Assembly: GCA_031555185.1 (NCBI GenBank)
Contig: JAVBUQ010000044.1
Span: forward strand, 1 to 35,501
Source of the DNA: Coriobacteriales bacterium
Lineage (GTDB): Bacteria; Actinomycetota; Coriobacteriia; Coriobacteriales; UBA8131
DNA: 35,501 nt
Reading direction: 5' to 3'
In this document: positions 8,542-15,688 of the stretch, in pieces
Position numbering within the stretch: the stretch's first letter is position 1
Layout of the letters: the number at the start of each line of letters is the position of its first letter
Translations under genes and position numbers: made by a program
The notes under the pieces: generated by a model
Seen by the model: the letters and a program-made list of their open reading frames with translations, nothing else
Told to the model about the DNA's origin: nothing
Database searches by the model: none

Positions 8542-8835
8542 TCACCGCTCCGCTATTGCATCTCTTCTTGGTAGCAAGCCTCTCAACAGAGCGTTCTGTA
8601 CAACATAACGAGGAGAACGAATCTGAATGCGTTTACCAAGACATTTAGCAATGACTTGGACTACCTCTCCTAAAGCCTGGTTATTGTAAAGCTGCTCAGT
8701 GTTTATTGAGATAACCCTGTATCCACCTTTTTCCAGCGTAGCAAGTCGCCTCGCGTCCTTTATCCAAGAATCCATGCTGTTATGAAATGCGTAGCTGTCA
8801 TACTCAATCGGAATAGTTGTGCAGAGAAGAGACAT
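8542..8835 (-). pseudogene. 5'-truncated paralog of the DUF559 gene at 6253..7155.
   Basis: Its C-terminal ~86 aa (EYDSYAFHNSMDSWIKDARRLATLEKGGYRVISINTEQLYNNQALGEVVQVIAKCLGKRIQIRSPRYVVQNALLRGLLPRRDA) align by eye at roughly 75% identity with the C-terminus of the 300-aa protein. Similarity stops at EYDSY. The first catalytic-core Asp and the whole N-terminal domain are missing, and the ORF-track start gives an unrelated 10-aa leader. Confidence 0.65.
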
Positions 8836-8900
8836 TTGGGCCTTGTCAGCATACTATATCGAAATAGCTGCTCAGAGGGCTGGTGGAACACATTGCAAAG

Positions 8901-8993
8901 TGGCGGAGAGAGGGGGATTTGAACCCCCGTGCCCGGGGTTGCCGGACAAACGGTTTTCGAGACCGCCGCTTTCAGCCGCTCAGCCATCTCTCC
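8901..8993 (-). tRNA. tRNA-Ser (anticodon CGA).
   Basis: The reverse complement is GGAGAGATGGCTGAGCGGCTGAAAGCGGCGGTCTCGAAAACCGTTTGTCCGGCAACCCCGGGCACGGGGGTTCAAATCCCCCTCTCTCCGCCA. It has acceptor GGAGAGA/TCTCTCC, anticodon loop CTCGAAA, a long variable arm, a T-arm GGGGG-TTCAAAT-CCCCC and an encoded CCA. Confidence 0.9.
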
Positions 8994-9059
8994 GCGAGTA
9001 GACAGTAGGATACCAGAAATGCTCATTTGCACAATCGTCTGAAGATTTATATGACGTAT

Positions 9060-9122
9060 GGGGGGAGAGGGGGAGGGGGAGAGAGGGGGGAGAGGGGGAG
9101 AGGGGGAGGGGGAGAGGGGGAG
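9060..9122 (+). repeat. 63-nt uninterrupted polypurine (G/A only) tract with eight G-runs of 5-6.
   Basis: The sequence is ggggggagagggggagggggagagaggggggagagggggagagggggagggggagagggggag. It contains no pyrimidine on the plus strand between 9060 and 9122. Confidence 0.95.
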
Positions 9123-9175
9123 TGGAGCTCAGAATGTTATAGATGCAAGTATCTATCGCTGCAACTTCTGAGGTT

Positions 9176-9322
9176 GCCGATAGGCGCGTTGCCCTGTATC
9201 CTCAGCCGCCCACTTGAGTTGAGCCTCAATAGCCAGCTCCATTGCAGGTGCCGATGGGCGCGCCGCCCTTCGTCCTCAGCAGACTATTCGAGCTGATCTT
9301 CAATATCCAACTCCATCAACGC
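9176..9322. repeat. Tandem duplication of about 74 bp spanning the stop codon of the antiporter gene.
   Basis: Unit 1 (9176-9248) and unit 2 (9250-9322) align at roughly 75% identity by eye. Unit 2 encodes the true C-terminus ...MELDIEDQLE*. Unit 1, on its reverse strand, would encode MELAIEAQLK... and lies just downstream of the stop. Confidence 0.6.
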
Positions 9323-11584
9323 CACGTTGTCACGCAGCATCTTGGCGGTCTCGCTGGAGATACTGCCTTCCTCATACGCTTCTTTGATAGCCTCGCGTTC
9401 CAGATCAAGTGCGCGGGCTTCAACGAGGATCTGCTCTTCTTCGGCTCTCTTTCTCCCCCCTCTGGTGATGCCGTTGCGATCCCAGCGGGCTTCAAGGCGC
9501 AGGAGGCGCTGCTCCAGCTCAACACGGATAATATCAACGGTGTGTGCTGGAAGATCGTCGGTAGGCTCATGGCCGGAGAGCCGCTTGATTGCGTAACGAT
9601 AATTGTCTATCTGCAGAGCATGAATATCATACCTGCGTATTAACCTTTCATCAGCACCAGGGCTGGTGCGTCCGCGTAGAGAACGTATCATCTTCCATCG
9701 ATGCGAGAACTGTCTGATGAATGCCTTGAGCTCCCAAAGAACGGTATTGTGATGCTCGGCCCTCGCCAACTGGTGGCTCAGAGAATTGATGTAAAGCAAG
9801 GCAGTAAGATTGTTGATCCTGTCGTCATCGGTGAGACGCTGAGTGTTCTCCAGTTGCAGTTCAATTACATACCTGCGTACCTTTGCCTCGTTTGGAAGTT
9901 CCAGGCAATTGTTTGCCTTGAGCGTGTTAATTCTGTAGTGGTATTGTCGCACCACTTCACCCACTGCGGAGCTTTCTTCAGGCTCGCTGCCTGCTGTCAG
10001 GTCTGTAATGACCTTGCGGTAGATTTTAAGGATCGCCTTGAGCTCAGAGGCAGGCTGCGGTGCCTGCTTTTTAAGGGGAGCAATAAGTGGCACAACGATA
10101 TTGGCAACAAGCAGGGAAAGCACAATGACACCGCTGGCGAGAAACACAAGCAGATTGCGCTCAGGAAAAGGCTCCAGGCCACTGATTGTCAGGGGAATCG
10201 AAAGGATGATAGCGAGCGTGATAGAACCCTTAACGCCCGAGAGAGAGAGCAACAGGGCGTCGTAGAGATGGTGCTTCCAATACTGAGGGTCTGAGCGTGC
10301 CGCCTCTCTCTCTGCCACAACCGCCTTACGGTGGATCTTGCGTCGCTTAGCCCGAGCCTCGTTCATTTGCAGCCTGTCAAAGGCAACCATTCTCTCCAAT
10401 GCCTCTTCACGTTTTTCTGCATTAAGCAGATCAAAGTCCGGACCGAGCAGCTCAAGTTCTTCTTTGCTCTCGTCCACAAGCGGCACCGGCGTGTCTTCGT
10501 CCACCGTAAGCTCCACCTTGCCGCTGGCTACGTTAACGTTGCGATTCATCACCAGTATCCACAAAAAGCGCAAACCAAGGATAACCAGGAGAATGAGAAC
10601 AACAAGCAGGATGAGGAAGTTGGTGTCTACCGCCGTCTCTGTCCAGACGCGTTCGGCCACATAGGGTAGCTGGGTTCCCAGCATAAGAAAAACAAGTCCG
10701 TTCAATGTAAAGGAAATGACAGACCAGACGCTGGTAGATACAACGTTAAGGCGCGCGGAAGAAGGCGTTACCAAGCGTGGCGCAAAGCTGTGCGCAATTC
10801 CTGCGGCCACTACGGCGATGATGCCGCTTACGTGGAGCAGCTCTGCCAGTAGGTAGATAAGAAAGGGCGTGATGATCTCAAAGAGAACAAAAAACGAGAT
10901 GCTTGCCACACCCCGGGCACGGAGAAAATACAACGAAGCATTACGAAAAAGCATCAGCACAACGCCCAGGGCAAGTCCTCCAAAAAACATAAGGAGGAAC
11001 GTACCGCCTGCCTCCCAAAGAGAGAACGCACCGGTAATAGCGGCAGCAACGGCAAAGTTAAAAGAGACAATGGAAGAGGCGTCATTCAAAAGAGCCTCGC
11101 CCTGGAGTAATTTACTCTGCGCGTTTGAGATAGTGGCATTCTTCTTGACCGAGTCAACAGAGACAGCATCCGTTGGGGCGAGGGCGGCAGCAAGGGCAAA
11201 GGCGGCGGCCAACGGAATGGAGGGAGCAAAGAAATTCACCGCAAATCCCAGCACCAACACGGTACAGAAAACCAACCCCAGGGCCAGACAGAGAACAGGA
11301 TACTTGTAGCGCCAGAGCGAGGTCTTGTCCATTTTCTTGGCGTCATCAAAAAGCAGCGGCGCAACAAATAACACCATAAAGAGTTCCGGCTCAAAAGACA
11401 TCTCAAAACTGATAGGCAGGAGCGTGAGAGCAATACCAGTGGCAATCTGTAAAAGCGGCGTAGGAACCCGAGGAAAACGAGCGCCAACAAAGCTGGACGC
11501 AAGCACGGCAGCAAGCATAATGAGGATATATTCAAAAAAGTGCATGTGAAAATTGTACCCCAGCAGAGAGAAAAGAGGGTGCAC
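9284..11584 (-). CDS. CPA1-family Na+/H+ (cation:proton) antiporter with a long cytoplasmic C-terminal helical domain.
   Basis: This is a 766-aa ORF. The N-terminal ~420 aa are polytopic, with the LAPTDAVSV motif typical of NhaP/NHE-type exchangers. The C-terminal ~340 aa are charged and helical. An alternative start is the ATG at 11543-11545 (MHFFEYILIM...). Confidence 0.88.
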   Translation of the reverse strand: MHPLFSLLGYNFHMHFFEYILIMLAAVLASSFVGARFPRVPTPLLQIATGIALTLLPISFEMSFEPELFMVLFVAPLLFDDAKKMDKTSLWRYKYPVLCLALGLVFCTVLVLGFAVNFFAPSIPLAAAFALAAALAPTDAVSVDSVKKNATISNAQSKLLQGEALLNDASSIVSFNFAVAAAITGAFSLWEAGGTFLLMFFGGLALGVVLMLFRNASLYFLRARGVASISFFVLFEIITPFLIYLLAELLHVSGIIAVVAAGIAHSFAPRLVTPSSARLNVVSTSVWSVISFTLNGLVFLMLGTQLPYVAERVWTETAVDTNFLILLVVLILLVILGLRFLWILVMNRNVNVASGKVELTVDEDTPVPLVDESKEELELLGPDFDLLNAEKREEALERMVAFDRLQMNEARAKRRKIHRKAVVAEREAARSDPQYWKHHLYDALLLSLSGVKGSITLAIILSIPLTISGLEPFPERNLLVFLASGVIVLSLLVANIVVPLIAPLKKQAPQPASELKAILKIYRKVITDLTAGSEPEESSAVGEVVRQYHYRINTLKANNCLELPNEAKVRRYVIELQLENTQRLTDDDRINNLTALLYINSLSHQLARAEHHNTVLWELKAFIRQFSHRWKMIRSLRGRTSPGADERLIRRYDIHALQIDNYRYAIKRLSGHEPTDDLPAHTVDIIRVELEQRLLRLEARWDRNGITRGGRKRAEEEQILVEARALDLEREAIKEAYEEGSISSETAKMLRDNVALMELDIEDQLE

Positions 11585-11715
11585 GTGCCTTTATCTTATC
11601 CAGCAGGAAAGAATGAGGGTGTGCGCACCAGGTCTTAGCCAGCAGAAAGACTTTGTACCATCTTATTTGAATAAAGCAGTAAAGGATGAAACAGGCGCCG
11701 AAAACACTGCAAACA

Positions 11716-11970
11716 CTAGCCTCCGGCGGCAAGAGGAAAGAACCCTACAACGTCACCATTGTTCAGACGCGTTTTATAACGATGCTCCATTTGTATGCTC
11801 AGTCCATTAACCGTAATTAGCATCGCCTTTGCAAGCTTGTAAAGTTCTTTGCCATGAAGCTCCTTGATTTGTCTGAGCACGTCTTTAACGGTGTCCGCCT
11901 CGTAATGTTCAGACTTTGTGCCCAGGCGTTCGGCCAGTATGTGCTTATATGTCGTGGTTATCTGTGCCAT
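11716..11970 (-). CDS. MoaD/ThiS-family small sulfur-carrier-like protein with a C-terminal Gly-Gly.
   Basis: This is an 84-aa ORF ending ...DVVGFFPLAAGG*. Its start lies 1 nt after the AOR stop, so it is probably translationally coupled. Confidence 0.75.
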   Translation of the reverse strand: MAQITTTYKHILAERLGTKSEHYEADTVKDVLRQIKELHGKELYKLAKAMLITVNGLSIQMEHRYKTRLNNGDVVGFFPLAAGG

Positions 11971-11971
11971 T

Positions 11972-14080
11972 TTATGCCCCGACCTTTAATTTTGCCAACT
12001 TCTTTGGCTTGGGTACTCCGTGTTCATCCCAGCCGCGTAATCTGTAGTACTTCTTGAGCATCTTCTTCAAAGGCACAACGGTCTTTGGGTCCTTTGGATC
12101 TTGAGGCTCATCGGTAAGGCGCTTTGGAAGACTGTCGTCTGCCGAGGTGAGTCCTTCTCTCACGCTGAAAAGGCGCTCCATATTAAAGCAGCGCTCTCCC
12201 AAGAGCGTAAAAGTGCCCGTATAAAGCGGCAGGCCGCTTGCGAGGCGCGCAGCCTCGGCATGCGGAAAGAGAAAAAGCGTGTTAAAGCGCAGGACAGGCA
12301 GTATTTTGAGCGTCAGGCTGATCACGGGGCCAGTGGCAAGCAGTATCTTATTGACCGCCCTGATGAACCAGTGGTTGGGACCTAGAGCATAAAAGCCGGA
12401 GGGGATAAAGGTCATTGCTGAGAACAAGCAGCAACCAGCGGAGGCCACCGCGTCCATGGCATCTTGGATAAAGATAGTCCACTGAGGTTTGGCTTTGGGG
12501 CTCGTGGGACCCATGGCAAGGACGCTGATGCTTTCCAGAAGCGAAAGGTAACCACCGTTGAGGTGGCAGCCACCACGGTTGGAGGTGGCGTAACCCAGGC
12601 CCATGCCTACACTGCGGCGGGGTTCATAGGAAGCCAGCTCTAAACCCTTAGAGTGGATGGCATAATCCTCACCACCATATTTTGCGGCGAGCCATTTGCT
12701 GCCATTTGCCAGCTCACTCGCGTCGCCTTCGCGCCGGGCAATCTTAGGGATAATGTCGAGGACGCCTTGGGCATCACCAAAGCGCACACCAAAGTCCTTG
12801 CCGCCTTTTTCGTAGAGTTCCATGGCATAGGCTAGTGTGCCTCCCAGACTGATAGTGTCCATACCCAGCTCATCACACAGGTGGTTGATCTTAAGAATGA
12901 TCTCCATGTCGCTGTTCTCGATATTGGGACCAAAGAGCCCCAGGGTCTCATACTCAGGGCCCTTGACCACGTTGTGAGGATTGTTTTCCAGGCGCACCCG
13001 TCGTTCGCAGCGAATGGGACAGCTTACACATCCCTTGTTAGTCTCAAGTGCCTTTTCTGCCATGGTCTCGCCGCTTACCTCGTCTGCCTCGGCATAAAAA
13101 CCGCGGGAGAAATTACGGGTAGGAAGGCTCTTGGTGGCATTGGCCTTGTTGATGATACCGGCACTGCCATAATGGGGAAGCGATTCACCGGTCATGGGAT
13201 GTTTCTTAACAAAGGCACTCCATTTGGCCACATATTTTTTAAAGCCTTCCCTGTCGTAAACGGGGATCGTGCCCTTGCCCTTACAGATGAGCCCCTTGAG
13301 GTTCTTTGAGCCAAAAACGGCACCGCCGCCACACCTGCCGGCAATACGCTCGCCGGAGGCTACGCCGGCGTAACTTACCTGGCTCTCTCCCGCCGGACCA
13401 ATGACAAAGCCCTGATAACCCTTTCCCAGGTTCTCATTCAGAGCATTCTGTGTTTCCAAAATCTCCATGCCCCAGTATTCTGCAGCGTCACGCAGGCTTA
13501 TCTCACCTTCGTTGATCTCTACAAAGACTGGCGTGGGAGAGGCGCCTCGCACGACAATGCCTTCATAGCCGGCCTTGCGCATACTAAAACCAAAAGGACC
13601 GCCACAGTTGGTGGAGGCAATACCTCCGGTGAGCACGTTTTTAAAGCTCATGTTGAACCTGCTGGTAGAAGGCGCGCCGGTTCCATTAAGAGGTCCGGTG
13701 TTGATGATGCAGAGCGCTTCTGCGCCTAAAGGATCAAACCCCGGCTCGGTAAGATCAAGAAGCAGGCGGGCGGCCAGGGTCTTTCCTCCCACATACATAC
13801 GATAATATTCCTCACTGATGGGCAGTTGTTTTACCTCGCCGGTGGTGAGATCGACGATGGCATAGCGCGGAAGCGACAACGCTGGGCCAGCATCAGATAC
13901 TCCCTTAGGGGAGGTAGCCTCTGCTTTAGGGGAGGTGGCCTCTGTCGTAGCGGCACTCCTCTCTTTTTGGGGGCTGTCTTTGGAAACAGTAGTTTCCTCA
14001 GCAGTTTTGCTGCTTGCGGAGGTTTTGTTTGCCTCAGTGGCTGTGTTTTCTTTTATCTCATCAGACACGGATCTTCTCAA
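11972..14080 (-). CDS. aor: Tungsten-type aldehyde:ferredoxin oxidoreductase (AOR family) with an uncertain ~70-aa low-complexity N-terminal extension.
   Basis: It has an AOR N-domain (YAIVDLTTGEV...YVGGKTLAARLLLDL), EYETLGLFGPN, the [4Fe-4S] cysteines KGCVSCPIRCERR, and GLGYATSNRGGCH. The ORF-track start is TTG at 14078-14080 and overlaps the ADH stop. An in-frame GTG at 14066-14068 and a TTG at the Leu in ..GPA-L-SLPRY are alternative starts. Confidence 0.88.
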   Translation of the reverse strand: MRRSVSDEIKENTATEANKTSASSKTAEETTVSKDSPQKERSAATTEATSPKAEATSPKGVSDAGPALSLPRYAIVDLTTGEVKQLPISEEYYRMYVGGKTLAARLLLDLTEPGFDPLGAEALCIINTGPLNGTGAPSTSRFNMSFKNVLTGGIASTNCGGPFGFSMRKAGYEGIVVRGASPTPVFVEINEGEISLRDAAEYWGMEILETQNALNENLGKGYQGFVIGPAGESQVSYAGVASGERIAGRCGGGAVFGSKNLKGLICKGKGTIPVYDREGFKKYVAKWSAFVKKHPMTGESLPHYGSAGIINKANATKSLPTRNFSRGFYAEADEVSGETMAEKALETNKGCVSCPIRCERRVRLENNPHNVVKGPEYETLGLFGPNIENSDMEIILKINHLCDELGMDTISLGGTLAYAMELYEKGGKDFGVRFGDAQGVLDIIPKIARREGDASELANGSKWLAAKYGGEDYAIHSKGLELASYEPRRSVGMGLGYATSNRGGCHLNGGYLSLLESISVLAMGPTSPKAKPQWTIFIQDAMDAVASAGCCLFSAMTFIPSGFYALGPNHWFIRAVNKILLATGPVISLTLKILPVLRFNTLFLFPHAEAARLASGLPLYTGTFTLLGERCFNMERLFSVREGLTSADDSLPKRLTDEPQDPKDPKTVVPLKKMLKKYYRLRGWDEHGVPKPKKLAKLKVGA

Positions 14081-15269
14081 TCACTCGTTTACATCGTGTG
14101 CGATCATAGATTACCGGCACCGGATAGAGAGGGTTAGCCTCTTTAAGCGCCCAGGTAACCATCTGTTCAATATCGTCTTCTTTGATAAAGTCAAAACCTG
14201 CGGGGATACCCATACGCTCGTTAGTCTCGCGAATGTGTGCTATAAAGGCCTTGGCTGCCTCTTCATCTGGAGTAGACCCATCTGCAATCAGGGAGACACG
14301 AGCCAGGGTGGCAAGCTTGGCAGAGACCTTCTCACCGTAATCCTCCAGGACTATAGGCAAGATAACTGCATTGGCAAGGCCGTGGGGAGTGTTATAGAGC
14401 CCTCCCAGCGTGTGAGCTATGGCGTGCACGTTTCCTACGCCGGCGCGTGTGAACGCAAACCCAGCTTTGTAGGCAGCATCCAGCATAGCTTCCCGACCCG
14501 TTACATTATTACCATCGTCATAAACCACCTTGAGATAAGTGGCGATCTCTGATGTGGCATCAAGGGCAAACTGTTTGCTCTCAGCGGTGTTATAGGTCCA
14601 GCACAGGTACGCCTCAACAGCGTGGGTAAGAGCGTCCATACCAGTAGTGGAGGTGATGTGTGGAGGCAGGCCAAGGGTAAGCTCCGGGTCGAGAATGGCA
14701 TAGTGTGGGATAAGACTGAGGTCCATGATGCTGTACTTATGATGCGTTGCCGAGTCGGTTATGAGAGCCGCAATAGTAGTCTCAGAGCCAGTACCTGCAG
14801 TAGTAGGCACCGCAATAAAAGGAGCAATACGACCCATAATCTTAAAGAGGCCCTTAAGCTGTTGAACCGTCTTCTTTGGTCGCTTAGCTCGGCCCGCGGC
14901 CGCTTTTGCGGCATCCATGGAAGAACCGCCACCTATGGCGACAAAACCATTGCAGCCACTGGTGTAGTAGAGCTCATAGATAGCATTGACGGTGTCTATG
15001 GTAGGATTGGGCTGTACTTCACTATAGAGCTCATAGGACATACCGGCTTCTTCAAGTACCTCGGTGACCCGTGGAGCGACCCCTGCTGCCATGAGGCCGG
15101 GATCGGTGACCACCATGGCTTTAGTTACGCCTTCTTGCGCAAGAATGGTGGGGATTTGCTTTATAGCGCCAGGACCTTTAACAGGCTTTGCCTTACGCCA
15201 GGGCAGCACACGAGCACCTATATTAAAGACGAACTGAAAGGTGCGATACCACGCGTTAACAGCGGGCAT
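14061..15269 (-). CDS. Iron-containing (group III) alcohol dehydrogenase.
   Basis: This is a 402-aa ORF with the GGGSSMDAAKAAA nucleotide/metal loop and metal-binding histidines in NVHAIAHTLGGLYNTPHG. A GAAGGGAGGGAG RBS precedes the ATG at 15267-15269. Confidence 0.92.
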   Translation of the reverse strand: MPAVNAWYRTFQFVFNIGARVLPWRKAKPVKGPGAIKQIPTILAQEGVTKAMVVTDPGLMAAGVAPRVTEVLEEAGMSYELYSEVQPNPTIDTVNAIYELYYTSGCNGFVAIGGGSSMDAAKAAAGRAKRPKKTVQQLKGLFKIMGRIAPFIAVPTTAGTGSETTIAALITDSATHHKYSIMDLSLIPHYAILDPELTLGLPPHITSTTGMDALTHAVEAYLCWTYNTAESKQFALDATSEIATYLKVVYDDGNNVTGREAMLDAAYKAGFAFTRAGVGNVHAIAHTLGGLYNTPHGLANAVILPIVLEDYGEKVSAKLATLARVSLIADGSTPDEEAAKAFIAHIRETNERMGIPAGFDFIKEDDIEQMVTWALKEANPLYPVPVIYDRTRCKRVIEKIRV

Positions 15270-15302
15270 GCTCCCTCCCTTCTTTCTCGGCTATTGACAA
15301 AA

Positions 15303-15311
15303 AGTATAGCA
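15303..15311 (-). promoter_or_regulatory. Candidate extended -10 element for the adh-aor-moaD-like operon.
   Basis: The minus strand reads TGcTATACT about 35 nt upstream of the ADH start codon. I did not identify a clear -35. Confidence 0.3.
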
Positions 15312-15370
15312 CGGCGCACGCACATTGCGCTATTTAGCTGGCAGGGGTAAGCGATAGCATTTACTTATTG

Positions 15371-15612
15371 GTTCCTGTTCACACCCCTCTGAGGCGGTTA
15401 GGGTGCTCCGAGCCGATGTGGCGTCTCGGGGTCCCCACAACACTCGAGCGAACGAGTGAGCGAGTGTTGTGGGGTGGGAGCAGCGAGGAGATCCGCTCGC
15501 TTTCTACTGGTTTTCTGTGCTAGCGAAAAAAGGTATGCGAGCTAGCTCCGAGCGATAGCGAGCTGTGAGGATCGGGGCACCCTAACCGCCTCAGAGGGGT
15601 GTGAACAGGAAC
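15371..15612. mobile_element. MITE-like nested inverted-repeat element with 36-bp perfect terminal inverted repeats flanking about 170 bp and an internal 14-bp hairpin. It encodes no protein.
   Basis: The left arm is gttcctgttcacacccctctgaggcggttagggtgc (15371-15406). The right arm is gcaccctaaccgcctcagaggggtgtgaacaggaac (15577-15612), its exact reverse complement. The inner hairpin is ccccacaacactcg (15433-15446) / cgagtgttgtgggg (15461-15474). TTATTG is found on both flanks (15365-15370 and 15615-15620). Confidence 0.45.
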
Positions 15613-15688
15613 GTTTATTGGTCTCAGAGGGGTGTGAACAGGAACGTTTATTGGTCTCAGAAGGGTTGTGACCTGTAATGCTTATAGT
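15590..15688. repeat. Tandem 33-nt repeat (two perfect copies and one degenerate) made from the outer part of the right inverted-repeat arm plus its flank. It ends at the glpK stop codon.
   Basis: ctcagaggggtgtgaacaggaacgtttattggt occurs at 15590-15622 and 15623-15655. A decayed copy, ctcagaagggttgtgacctgtaatgcttatagt, occupies 15656-15688. Confidence 0.85.

Noticed and set aside
8760-9296. ORFs 8760..9032 (-), 8819..9001 (+) and 9027..9296 (+).
   Set aside because: The first two overlap tRNA-Ser(CGA). The third is simply the translation of the polypurine tract (GGRGGGGERGERGRGGGGEGEW).
9316-11549. Numerous plus- and minus-strand ORFs inside the antiporter gene (for example 9701..10294, 10869..11309, 11236..11535).
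   Set aside because: They are shadow ORFs within a 766-aa ORF that has clear polytopic CPA1 features.
13826-15350. Plus-strand ORFs 13826..14137, 13935..14552 (205 aa) and 14622..15350 (242 aa).
   Set aside because: They are antisense to the AOR N-terminus and to the well-supported Fe-ADH, which carries the GGGSSMDAAKA and histidine metal motifs. They have no motifs or RBS of their own.
15590-15688. The 33-nt repeats considered as a CRISPR array.
   Set aside because: The repeat copies are directly contiguous with no spacers, there are only 2.5 copies, no cas genes are nearby, and the unit is part of the larger inverted-repeat element.
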